NCBI GenBank assembly: GCA_013239625.1
Contig: MU053184.1
Span: 264,220 to 290,343, forward strand
Direction: 5' to 3'
From: Lama guanicoe
Taxonomy: Eukaryota
DNA length: 26,124 bases
Below the pieces are notes generated by a model. That model was not told the origin of the DNA, did not search any database, and saw only the letters and a list, made by a program, of their open reading frames with translations. This document shows, one piece after another, positions 10,822 through 21,420 of the stretch (its first letter is position 1; each line of letters opens with the position of its first letter). The position numbers and the translations under genes are program-made.

Positions 10822-11200
10822 TGTAGTCATTAATTCTCTTGATCAAATGGGTCTAGTTCTCTTAGGGGCACAGCTGGATGACACTTCCTCCTCCTCTGAT
10901 GGCCGCCATAGCCACATGACTGGCTGGTGGTCCATGGAATGTGGTGCTTCACTCTCAGGCAGAAGCTTTAAAAGAGCCAGTGCAAGATTCACTGTGTTCT
11001 GTCTTCCTGTCTCAGTGTTCATGCACTCAGAGAGATGCAGCCGCCTTTAGTCCGGGTCCCTAAGTGAGAACTGCGTAGAGCAGAGAATCACTTGAACCAT
11101 GACGGACCTATAGTGCGAACAAGAAATAAACTGTCATTGTTTTAAGCCAACGAGACTTGGGGACTGTTTGTTATTGACACTTACCCTGGCACAGCTTCAC
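10822..11200 (+). mobile_element. MaLR solo LTR, MLT1J-like
   Basis: CAGGCAGAAGCTTTAAAAGAGCCAGTGC...GGGTCCCTAAGTGA...AAGAAATAAAC...TTGTTTTAAGCCA...GAGACTTGGGGACTGTTTGTTA. Confidence 0.8.
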
Positions 11201-11679
11201 GAGCCTATCATGAGAGTGCCAGATACGTCTCTAAAAGTCCGAAACTTCAGAGCACTGACAGGCATCTCTTAGTATGCATATCACTCACTTTGCACATATG
11301 AAGGATTTTTCAGTGATCTTCCCGGCCATTTTAATGCCTAGTGGAATCTGTAGTTGTCTTCCTCCCCCTCTTTCATCATCTTTCTTCTTTTTTTATTCAT
11401 CTCTGTTCCCTTTTAATCTGTTTCCTAAACTTGTGACCTGTGTCCCTATTTTATATTCCGTCTTCTGAGAACTCGCTCTCTCCTCTCCCATTCCCTCCTG
11501 TGCTTCTCCTTTCCCTACAAAGCCTTTTCTTGACACTTATCCCCTGACAATTGCTTCCCTGGGTCTGCCTTTCAGCTTCATAAAGCCCCATGTGGTCCCT
11601 ACCTCTGGGTTTTTTCATGTATCTTCCTTCTTTCTTTTGGATCCTGTCTAATCTGTTCCGTCTGAACTCTCTAATCAAA

Positions 11680-11810
11680 TGGACAAACACCTTCTCAAAT
11701 ACATTTTGGGCCATTCCCATCCTCCTTGACCTCCCTACTGCCCCTACGAGGGCAGACGACACCTTCTTTCTTCTTTGGTAACTGTCAGTTTCAGTGACTC
11801 TTTCATTTCT
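11680..11810 (+). mobile_element. L2 ORF2 (reverse transcriptase) relic
   Basis: Translates ILLDLPTAPTRADDTFFLL, resembling the L2/CR1-clade RT motif ILLDLSAAFDTVDHSLLL, within a pyrimidine-rich sense strand. Confidence 0.55.
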
Positions 11811-12744
11811 CAGGACTCTTCCAAATTATGGACATTCACTTTTATTTCAATTCAACAAACAGTTCCTGCATCTTTACTTTGAAAGGGTCACTGTGGTGTC
11901 AGTGAGAAACCTAAAGGCTGTCTGGCCATCAGAGACAGGGTTGAGGAGTAACGCACCGTGTGAGTGCTAGAAATATTTCTGGGAAAGGACACGCCCGACT
12001 GGGGAGAGTTATCTGCTGGTATAGATCCAGCTCCGTTTTGTGTTTACCAGGCAATTACCAGGTGCAGGCAAAGGATACCCACAGCTAAGTGAGCACATAC
12101 CTGAATCAGAGCCGTGGTCAGGAGCCACACACGGAAGGTTAACAGAAGCCGAATGGGAGCTTGGAGGGGAGCTAGAGGATAGTGTCGCCAAATACTGATG
12201 GCCTGAGTTTGGCTGGCAGGGAGGTCCCATTAAAGAGCCGGGGGCACCTTCAGAGTCCTGCTACGGTGTGAATTAAAGGTGCTCCCTGACGACTGACCAG
12301 TAAGAGAGGGAAACATACCTGCAACTTGTCCTAATTCAGAGTGGATTGAGATACCTGTCACAAATGGCAGTAAAGGAAGTGTTCCTTCTGACCGGGGCAG
12401 CCACAGACGCTCAGGTAAAGAAGGCTGCACAGAGGAGACGTGAGCCGGCCTCACCCACAGACTGGGGGCAGCAATCCCTATCGTGCAGGTACTGGTGACA
12501 AGTTATGCAGAGAGGTCACATGAGGTGGAGGGTCAGGTAACCGGAAGCTTGGCACGTGCTTGTGGAATTTCACCAGCTGCAGAAGATGGGGTAAGAGACG
12601 GGGGAGGCAAAGACTGGCTACCATACTCTCTCTCTTTGACACCTAATTTGTTTCTCTTCCCTTTGAGATTGAACTTGTCCCAGATGGTGGCCTTAAGCGT
12701 GGCTCTTCTGAGGCAGACTGTAATTCTAAAGTGAAGGTCAGTTT

Positions 12745-12942
12745 GCAAAGTGGCTAAGAGGGTAGATTTTGCTGAGTTTGCTGAGTGGGTTTGCTGAGTG
12801 GGTGAACCCAGCTTATCCACTGAGTCCTCCATTTTTCCACCTGTAAAATGAAAACAATTACAAGATTACAGTGAAGTTGAGGGAGGTGATGCCTAAATAG
12901 AGTCAAGGCATTTGGGAAGTGTTCAATAAAGTATGTCCTATT
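12745..12942 (+). mobile_element. MIR SINE with short internal tandem repeat
   Basis: AGTGGCTAAGAG...TCCACCTGTAAAATG...GGCATTTGGGAAGTGTTCAATAAA. TTTGCTGAG occurs three times at 12768-12798. Confidence 0.65.
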
Positions 12943-12951
12943 AAAACTAAA

Positions 12952-13475
12952 CGTGGTAATCAGTGGTTAGTCGAGAGGACAGAAAGCACTCTAGACATTT
13001 CAAGCAGAAAAAGACTTAACACAGGGAATCAGGTGCTTTTGAAACCTTAGGAAGAACTGGCTGCATAAGTTAAAGCAAGCGGGCAGCCACTAGCTTTCAG
13101 CTTTCCCCCCATAGCTGTGACTCTGAGAATCAGGAAGTGACCGCCACCTCCCAGAGGTCAAGAAACTGTAGAAAACCACTGCAGCCAATGGTCACAGCTG
13201 GTGGTGCAACCCCTGACAGTCAGAGAAACATGGAAGCCACTGATAGCATGTGGCCAAAACCATATGTTCACCAGCACTCCCAGAATAAGTAACTTCTGCT
13301 TCTCTTCCAACACTCATTTAAGTACCTGTCACAGGCAGAACCTAAACTATAGCAGGAACCCTGCCGACCCAGGAACCTGGGACATGCAGATCCCAGCCAT
13401 CACTCCCTGAGACTCGGGGAGAGCACGAAAGAGGCTGAGGATGATGCAAGGGCCAACAAGTAATGCCCGGCGTGC
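12952..13475 (-). mobile_element. Old ERV solo LTR (LTR33/LTR78/LTR79-like; exact family uncertain)
   Basis: ACAGAAAGCACTCTAGACATTTCAAGCAGAAAAGACTTAACACAGGGAAT at one end and GGCAGAACCTAA...GGAACCCTGC...AGGAACCTGGGACATGCAG toward the other, as in antisense ancient ERV LTRs. Confidence 0.6.
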
Positions 13476-13897
13476 AGAGGATGTGCCAGGATCTGAGATT
13501 CTAGCCGTCGGCTGGCAGGCTCCTTTCTATTTCCTTTCTGTGGCAGCTTCCTTTGCTAGCTGACACCAGCAGGGACCGTGGCTCTCTTCCTTTGAGCTTC
13601 TGAGTCTGAGCCTACAATTGACTGGCTGATGCTGGGTCTCTGGCTGAACCCAGGGAATGCCCCCTATCACCCTCAGTCCCTCTGCGTGCCACAGCAAGGT
13701 CAGTATCGTCTTTGTGATCCGTGCCAAATGCATTCACAGTGTTTTGGATCCAACTACACAGACTTTAGGCTGGAAGGGAGACGGTTTTAGCTCTTAGAAT
13801 GCTTTAGCAACATACGATTCTTCTCTACAAAGTGCCTCCCATATGTCCTGGCAGAATTCCCACACTTTCTTTCCTTTGGAGCAGTTTTAAGCTGACC

Positions 13898-14052
13898 GAG
13901 AGTTAAGAGCTTGGCCTTCCTGCTTTAGATCAGCCACCCACTGGCTGTGGAACCCTGGGCAAGTTGCTCCCCCTGTCTGGGCCTTGGGGGTCATGGAATA
14001 GGTGTGTTAAGTTAGACGGCCTCCGGACTCTCCTCCAGGCCTGTGTTACGAT
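13898..14052 (+). mobile_element. MIR3 SINE
   Basis: ACTGGCTGTGGAACCCTGGGCAAGTTGCTCCCCCTGTCTGGGCCT. Confidence 0.7.
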
Positions 14053-14339
14053 TGGAGGCTGCAGAGGGCGGTGGTCAGATCACAGAGCAGCACACAGACA
14101 ATGCTGCCAGGGCTTCAAATGCTGTGATTACTGCACCTGTCTGTCTGCTGCACGACACACCTCTTACCCCACCTCGGTAACAACTCTTGGGTCAGAGGCC
14201 ACAAGAGGAACACCTGACCTGGTGGTCACTTTGTCACCATTAGCACAGCTCAGATACTGCTCCAGAGCATGTGCATCCCTGTGCCAAGGGCTGGGGCGCC
14301 GTTGAGAGGCCCGGCAAATCCGTGTTAGGACAGGGACAT

Positions 14340-14640
14340 GTTACGGCTCATTTTCGCCTTTGAGGCCCTCTTTGTTTGGAAGACGCTTGTTGTCTAAAGG
14401 CAGCTAAATTTAGCCATATTTTGTCAGCTAGAATGTACGCTCCTGAAGAGCAGCCTAGCAGATCTCAGCCATGTCACACTTTATTAGTCATGCGAGCACT
14501 TAAAAGCGCGCTGGAGGAGCCGGCTTCCTGGGATTGGTGGGAGCAGCGCTGAGAAGTGCCGTGCTGACTCTTTTAGGATTTACCTCCAGAAGCAGGATGC
14601 AGGGGAAAGCATGAAATCGCCCAAACAATGAGTGATTTCT
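14340..14640. promoter_or_regulatory. Candidate enhancer in non-repeat, CpG-enriched sequence (MEF2, CArG-like, AP-1/Maf-like and SOX motifs)
   Basis: GCTAAATTTAGC palindrome (14403-14414) containing YTAW4TAR; CCATATTTTG (14414-14423); TTAGTCA; TGCTGACTC; AACAATG. Motif evidence only. Confidence 0.3.
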
Positions 14641-14934
14641 TTTTCCTTTTCTTGCAAGATTGACAAATGGGATATTCAAATGAGGAGAAAATGTACACAG
14701 TGGGATAGATAGTGTTCCCGTGGCCCTTTTCTTAGACACACCATCCAGGTACCCACCTCCCACATCTGTTTGCATTTGGAGATACACATTGCTTAGTGGC
14801 TGCATTTGACTAACTATTTAAGGTGCAGACACGGAGAGAAAGGAGCCTTTGTTGAGTTTCTACTTTGGAGAATGCCTCCCTACCTCCTCATTTCCCCCGA
14901 GTGCTAGAAGATAATGCAATAAGATAAGTGATGT

Positions 14935-15040
14935 AACCCTCATTTTACAAAACAAAAAACAAAAGCTCAAAGAGGTGAATGACAAGGGCCAGGTTGTAAT
15001 TAAAGTCTGCTTAACCCCTAAGTCCGTGTTCTCTCCACAG
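14935..15040 (-). mobile_element. MIR SINE fragment
   Basis: CCCTCATTTTACA...AGCTCAAAGAGGTGAATGAC. Confidence 0.6.
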
Positions 15041-15111
15041 CTAGGGTCAAGGTAAATACGCTGAGGAATTCAACTTAATCATGGTTTTGAGATTTAAACA
15101 GTCTTGTCTTT

Positions 15112-15409
15112 ATTTTTTTAATTAATTAATTAATTAGTTTATTTATTTTTAAAATTGAAGTATAGTTGATTTACTATGTTGTGTTGTTTTCTGGTGTACA
15201 GCATAGTGATTGAGTTCTACCTGTATATGCATTCTTTTTCATGATAGGTAATTACAAGCTATTGAATATAGTTCCCTGTTGCTATACAGTAGGACCTTGT
15301 TGTTTATTTTATATGTAGTAGTTAGTGTCTGCAAATCCTGAACTCCCAGTTTATCCCTCCCCTCTTCCCCTTTGGTAACCATACGTTTGTTTTCTGTGTC
15401 TTGCGAGTA
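15112..15409 (-). mobile_element. Short LINE-1 3' UTR insertion with (TTAA)n-containing tail
   Basis: ATTGAAGTATAGTTGATTTAC...TGAATATAGTTCCCTG...GGTAACCAT, homologous to the L1 3' UTRs at 1837 and 9327. TSD AAACAGTCTTGTCTTT (15096-15111) / AAACAGCCCTGTCCTT (15410-15425). Confidence 0.92.
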
Positions 15410-16119
15410 AAACAGCCCTGTCCTTATACTGGCTTCCTATTCAATGTGCCCAGCGCTCTCTCAGTGCTGTGTCGTCTCACCCTGCAAGGCCAAGGGTCAG
15501 GATGTCTGTTCGAGCAAGGGCTGGGGCTCTCCAGCCACCTGGCACTGTCCATGGGGTCGGGCCCAGCACACTCTGGCAACTGCTGAGCGAAAACTCCTGT
15601 CTGAAAAAGGAGAAGTGTTTGCTCTTCCGTGGGGCCCACAAAATGAAAAGGCAAAACCCTTCTGCTATGAAGAGGAAAAAAGAACTCTCCACACTTTTGT
15701 TCATCTGTGATTCTGTGGCAGCTTGATCATCTAAACTCGCTTCTAACAAACTCTTCCTGTAAAATTTCTGGAGTTTCTAAATAAAGATACATGCTTAATT
15801 CAACATGACAAGATGCCTCCGAGCATCCTGCAAAGAGTCATGGCTTCAGTGTCCCGACCCCTCTTCCTGGGATTTAAAGGCCCAATGAAAACACCAGGCA
15901 GGATTGTCTGAGATCTTCTCTCCTATCTAGAAGAGCTTAATTGGAATCCGTGAGCTTTGTGAACTGGCTCTCTGAATGTTAGTGATGGAAGGGGCCTTGG
16001 AGGTGAGAAAACAAAGATAGGACACGTGAAGTGATCCATGCAAGATTTGACTGCCAGTTAGTGACAGAAGCTGGGCTAAACCCGGCTCTTCTGACTCGAA
16101 CATCATTGGATAAAACAGC

Positions 16120-16275
16120 ACGGGAGACTTGAAGGAAGAAGCCTCTACTCTTGACAACTCCTGTTAATAAGCTGCATGGCCTTAGGAAACTCTTAGCCAG
16201 TCTGAGTCTCAATTTGTTCATCCAAAACAGAATGAAGAGTTGCGAAGAGGATGAGTGATAATAAAGTACCCAGGT
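16120..16275 (+). mobile_element. MIR SINE
   Basis: TAAGCTGCATGGCCTTAGGAAAC...TCTGAGTCTCAATTTGTTCATCCAAAA. Confidence 0.65.
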
Positions 16276-16329
16276 AAGGACTGTCAGAGCGTGGGCAGCT
16301 AGTAGTATTCATTTAGGGGTGAAAACACT

Positions 16330-16885
16330 GAAAGTTACAGGGGGTTCAGAGAAGGTAAGAGACCAGCAATCTTGGTAAGGGATGACTGCTTAGAAAAGGG
16401 TGTTGACTTACATCTCTGATAATGTTTGGACAGGAGTCAGAACGGGTAGGGCAGTGTTGAGGGGACAATGAAATGAATTGTCCTACTTGCTTGTAGGCAA
16501 GAAAGCAAAGATCCAACTTGAGGACAATGAATAAACATGTTTAACTGAAGCATTAAATTCAGGAACTTGAGTTGCTGGAGATCAAACCACCACCGTCACT
16601 TTGAGAAGAACTTGAACATCATGCAAGGAAGTTGCAGATGCAGGCATGTGGGAACCTTTGAAGGGTTTTGTACAGAAGAATTACGAAACTCAGTACATCA
16701 GTCAGGTAATGACGTGGAGGGTGAACCGGAAGAGGGAGCAGCTGGAGATTAGAAAACTTGTGGAGAGATTCTTGTAGAGAGCCAGGCAGGAGAGGAAGAA
16801 CACAAATGAAATGTGTGGCAGCTGAGATGAATAGGAAGCGATGAGTGTGGAGGATATTTTAAAGGAAAAGTTGGCAGGAAGAATC
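16330..16885 (-). mobile_element. L2 LINE (L2c/d-like), diverged
   Basis: Purine-rich, with GGGAACCTTTGAAGGGTTTTG...CAGAAG, CCAGGCAGGAGAGGA and GATATTTTAAAGGAAAAGTTGGCAGGA. Confidence 0.65.
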
Positions 16886-17335
16886 AATACTATTGTAGGA
16901 AAGAGAATTTAATTAGCTTTGTTAAGTGGAGAAAGAATATTCATGGCTTGTTGGGTTGAAAACTATATTTTAAGAAAAGGTGTCCCAATCCACAAATCTA
17001 AGGAAAAAAAGGACATGATAAATGATTAAGCCAAAATGACTAAAAGACTTTAAGAAATGACAAAATAGACTCAAATGAAGATGAAATGTTCAAGATCTGC
17101 AAGTCTTGACTCAAACAAAACCCCTTAGGGTTAACTTTTAATGTGCATCTTGGTGATTTGTCAAAGTCTTTTCACTAATGGCAGATCTAGTTGCTGACAA
17201 ATGATGGTTGCATATTGAAATCAGTACCATATAAAGCCTTTTCTCTACCTTCCCTTCTTTGTACAGGGAGGTTCACTGAGCCTATGTAAGCCTTTCTTAA
17301 CATCGTATATATTTTTTAACTTAATAGTAATGCTT

Positions 17336-17431
17336 AGAGCCACCTTTCTCAAAGAATGTTTGGCAGAAGGCTGGACCTCTGAGCTGTCCCGTGAGGATAG
17401 GGACATAGTCAAATAAGGTCCAGAAATGTCA
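17336..17431. mobile_element. MER103C-like hAT-Charlie fragment abutting the LTR41
   Basis: TTTCTCAAAGAATGTT...ATAGTCAAATAAG...GAAATG resembles MER103C. Confidence 0.4.
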
Positions 17432-18111
17432 TGTACCAGTCAGAAGTCGGTCAGGAGACAGAAACCTACCAATTATTTGAACAGAAGAAAAGTTAGTATA
17501 AAGACAGAAAAATTTTAACTAAGTAACTGAGAAGGCAGAATAGAAATACCAAGTTATCACAGAGGTAGCAACTGCAGAAGCAGTAATCACCCCCAGGACT
17601 GATATTATTAAACAGCCCAGCTGGTATTATAGGGCTGGTTCTGTTAAATCACAGAAGCTTGCAGTAGGGACAGCACACTGCTGAATCTTAGACCTCTGAG
17701 GAGGGGGTGCAGCTTGCCAGGTGCTAGACTCTGAGCTTGAAGGAGGAGGGGTCCCCTTGGGTCTGTGATCTAGACTTCTAAGTTGGGGAGCTAGCTGACT
17801 GGTGCTGGCATCTTAGATGCAACGGGGCTGGTTCTGCAAGTGTTGGAAGAAGAACAAAATGGATTCAGCTGCTGCTACGAGAAGCACTTGCTGCTGCCAA
17901 CACAAAGAAGAGCTGCGAGGGTGACCCAGGAGTGAAACATGCAAGAGACCAACAGGAAGTTCCTCCTCCAACCTCCCTGTCTTCCCCCCACCAGCGCCCT
18001 CTAGTGCCGAGCATATCAGGGGGCCAGGCGGCAAAGCAGAGTCCAGTCCCAGCGCTGCAAACCAAGTGAATGGGTTTAGAGCTGAGACACAATAATTTAG
18101 TAAGAGGCATA
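17432..18111 (-). mobile_element. LTR41-family ERVL solo LTR
   Basis: The minus strand starts TATGCCTCTTACTAAATTATTGTGTCTCAGCTCTAAACCCA, like the LTR41 5' end. The other end reads TGTACCAGTCAG...GTCAGGAGACAGAAACC...TTATTTGAACAG on the plus strand. Confidence 0.8.
17992..18010 (-). promoter_or_regulatory. CTCF-binding motif within LTR41
   Basis: Minus strand TCGGCACTAGAGGGCGCTG versus consensus TGGCCACCAGGGGGCGCTA. Against the degenerate core CCASYAGRKGGCRS only the first base differs. Confidence 0.6.
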
Positions 18112-18339
18112 TACCACTTAGGGAATCAACCTCTTGGATAGTCCCTCTGTTTGTCAAAGGCTCTGGGCAGTTCTAGCAAAAGAAAAAGTTCACTTTGTGT
18201 ACCTGAGCATCCCCTCCTCTCCTGCCCCTTCCCCAGCGTAATGAGACACAAACGTGAAAACCAGTGGGCTGGATCTATACACATAGGCATAGAAAAATGC
18301 CCATCACCGATCACTTTACTTCTACATGTAAGACAAATT

Positions 18340-18513
18340 CTATGTTTATATAAAAATAGAGACAAAAGCTGAAAGCTACTCACTAAAGTGTGAACAGTGG
18401 TTACCTGTTGCCGGGGAGGGTATTAGTTACAGGCTTTCCTTCACTTTCTACCTCCCTTCTAGAGTGTTTGAATTTTAACATGAGTGTGTCTTGTTTCATA
18501 CTCAGAAAAAAAT
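18340..18513 (+). mobile_element. Ancient L1MC/L1ME 3' end fragment
   Basis: TGTGAACAGTGGTTACCT...GGGGAGGG...TGTTTGAATTTTAACATGAG...TCAGAAAAAAATA. Confidence 0.65.
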
Positions 18514-18644
18514 ACCATCACTTTTTGGTTTAGGGAGAATAAAAAGCTTCCTAGAAAAGGCAATCTTCACAATGCTGTCAGTGTTTCTGTTAATATGTGG
18601 CACCAAAATGAATGTAGTCTTTTTGGAGAGAAGGAAGAAGGAAG

Positions 18645-18790
18645 GTAGGCAGCGTTTCCTAAACACCTTCTGCATGCCGAGCTGTTGGGAAGGTGCATGC
18701 ATCATCCCATTTAATCTCCTCATCAGTTCCATTGCTCCCATTTCCCAGATGAGGAACAGGGCTCAGAGGCAGACATAATTTCCCCAATAC
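18645..18790 (-). mobile_element. MIR SINE
   Basis: CATCCCATTTAATCTC...CTCCCATTTCCCAGATGAGGAACAGGGCTCAGAG. Confidence 0.75.
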
Positions 18791-18961
18791 CTAATAAGGA
18801 GGAGGAGCTACTACAAACCTACTACACTCTACTATTATCTATCTTGCAGTTGTATCTTTTATATTCCTTAAATTTAATGTGTTCTTTCTCCCTGGTGATT
18901 TTTTTTAATATCCAAGGAAATAAATCTTATTTTCCTGACATACCTTAATCCTTTTGAGAGA

Positions 18962-19348
18962 TGTTATGGGCCCCTCAAAATTCATATGTTGAAGCCCTAA
19001 CTGCAGTACCTCAGAATGTGACAGTATTTGGAGATACAGCCTTTACCAAGGTGATTAGAATGAGGCTGTTAGGGTGGGCCGTAATCCAGTCTGACTGGTG
19101 TTACGAGAAGAGGAAATGTGGACACACACAGAGACACCAGGAGTGTGTGCATATAGACTGAGGGGAGACCATGCAAAGACACCGTGAGAAGGAGACCATT
19201 TGCAGACCAGAGAGAGAGACCTCAGAAGAAATCAAACCTGCTAACACCCTGATCTGTGACGTCTAGCCCCATAGCGGTGAGGAAGCTTCCATTTTGTAAG
19301 CGCCCATTCTGTGGTATGCTGTTATGGCAGCCGTGGCAAACTAACACA
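18962..19348 (+). mobile_element. MLT1B MaLR solo LTR, near full length
   Basis: TGTTATGGG...CAAAATTCATATGTTGAAGCCCTAAC...CAGTACCTCAGAATGTGAC...GTTATGGCAGCC...AAACTAACACA, with TG...CA ends and flanks AGAGA/AGGGA (4/5 TSD match). Confidence 0.9.
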
Positions 19349-19455
19349 AGGGAAGCGTTATGGTTTATACTTGTTTAAATGGGCTACCAGTGCTTTGCAC
19401 GTAGCAGGTCCTTTGTAAGCATTTCGATTATTTATCACTTTGATCATCTTCCTTA

Positions 19456-19780
19456 CATTCATTTATTCAGTAAGTCTTACTTGAGCAGCTCCCTGTGCCA
19501 GGCACTCTTCCAGACCCCGGGATAAACAGTGGACAAAACAAGAAAAATCACGGCCACCATGAAGCTTAGATTTTACAAGGGGAGAAGATAAGAAACAAGG
19601 TAGATAAGTAAATACACACTAGTTTAGACACTGATAAATAAGTAACATATATGTTGTGTTAAAGAGTGATAAATGTTAAGAAGAGAGAAAAAGACAAAGC
19701 TAGGAAGAGGATGTGGAATGGGAGAGAGGGGTGTCCAGGGAAGACTTCAGGAAGTAGGTGATGTTGGGATAAAGACCTTT
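19456..19780 (-). mobile_element. L2a LINE 3' end
   Basis: CATTCATTTATTCAG...TGTGCCAGGCACT...GGGATAAACAGTGGACAAAACA...CATGAAGCTTA...CAGGGAAGACTTC. Confidence 0.85.
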
Positions 19781-20219
19781 ATCACTATTAGAATAAGATC
19801 CCCTGCAAATCAGAGGGCAGTTGTGAGTAGGTTTCCAAGTTCATTTCTCCTAAAAGTCAGCGAACACGTGCTTCCTGCACTCTTCCAAATCCAAACTTGC
19901 ATTGCGATAGGTCATTAGCGGCTAAGAGATACACAAGTCAATTTCAGACCTGCTTATTGCTACAGAAAACTGATTACTCCCACAGCAGCAGATTTTCTGG
20001 TTCAGAAACACTCCCTCCCTCCCGACCCCCTTTCAAAGCTTTATCATGGCAATCGCTTAAAAAAAAAAGAAGATAGAAAATGCCTAAAAGTTATTTTCAT
20101 CCAGTCAAAAATGGAAATAGCTTTTAGCCTGTGTTTGCATTCCCTCTGGAAAGGACCTACAACGTTTTCTGTTTGCTCACACAACTTCCTGTTTGAACAG
20201 CAACAGAAAACAGTAAAGG

Positions 20220-20335
20220 GTAGTAGTTGGAGAAGAGCAGAGAGGCTGAATCATTTCCAGGATTTACTGATTTGCTGGCTGACCTTGACTAAATCTCCTT
20301 AACCTCTCTTTCTTGAAGCCATTGTTTCACACAAT
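20220..20335 (+). mobile_element. MIR SINE fragment
   Basis: TTGCTGGCTGACCTTGACTAAATCTCCTTAACCTCTCT. Confidence 0.6.
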
Positions 20336-21259
20336 AGCAAAGATAAAGAAATTTGCGGTTTTGATGTTGTTATCAAATGTTTAGAGCTTCTGGTGAGAAG
20401 AGACAAAAGCAGGCTGCTGTATTTGCATAGTGTTTCCATTCGCCTTCGTCTCTGCTCTGGATTCTGCTGTAATCAACCCCGGGCAGGCAGTTCCTCTCCC
20501 AGCCCTCTCAGACCCCTGAGAAGACAGGCTGCCTGCTCCCCCTCTGGTCCTCTGGCTCTTTGAGGACAGCTTTGCTCAGACCTGGTGGCTGTGAGCTAAC
20601 TGTTAAGCCTGTGGCTGCCTTGACCTGCAGCATCCCCTTGTTTCAGCACAATTGCAGCTTCATGATGCCTGTCTGTACCTGCAGGGCAATGTCAGTGGCA
20701 GGAGAGAAACCTTGTGGACAGGAAGGACTAAATGAATTTCACAGATTCCACTAAGCCACCCTGGTTACCTGGGAATAAAGGGCATGGATGAAGGAGGCAG
20801 CCTCCCAGAGAGGACCTTCCCTCGGGATGCCTCTCCCGGGTGCTGGTCCTGAGATTGGTGGAAGCAGACCTTCTGTGTTCTGTAACTGCTAGTGTGAGAT
20901 ACCAGCAGCCATGAAGCGCTCCCTTTGGGCTCCTGAAACAGACAAGGAAAGGTGGTGCAAGGTGAAGAGGCTCTTGGTTATTGAGGCCTGGAGGCTACCA
21001 GCAGCATCCCCCATTCAGCGCGTTCCCAGGCCCTCATCCTCTTGTGCCAGATCCCCTTAGGATTCCCCCCAGTGACAGATGGCCCTCTCGGATGGCCAGT
21101 CGGCACAGATGTGATCTCCCAGCCTTTAGATAAACAATAGCCCTTGCTGGCATGGACAGTAACCTAAATTTCTCCAATTATAAGTGCAGCAAATGCCACA
21201 GTCTTGGACGACGCTGTTTCTAGGCCCCTGTGGTCAATTTAAGGACACAAGCACCGCAC

Positions 21260-21420
21260 GCAGTGGAAGACGGACGCATGTATGGGAAAAGCCTGAAAGT
21301 TTGGTCCCAGCTCCTTCACCAGAGGGCTGAACGACCTTGGCCAAGTTACTTGCCTACTCCAGGCCTCAATGTCCTCGTTCACACTGATTTACAGCCTGTA
21401 ATCCATGTGAAATGCACATG
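21260..21420 (+). mobile_element. MIR SINE fragment
   Basis: GTCCCAGCTC...GACCTTGGCCAAGTTACTT...GGCCTCAATGTCCTC. Confidence 0.65.

Noticed and set aside
17020..17130. Possible L3/CR1 fragment
   Set aside because: The resemblance is too weak to call by eye.
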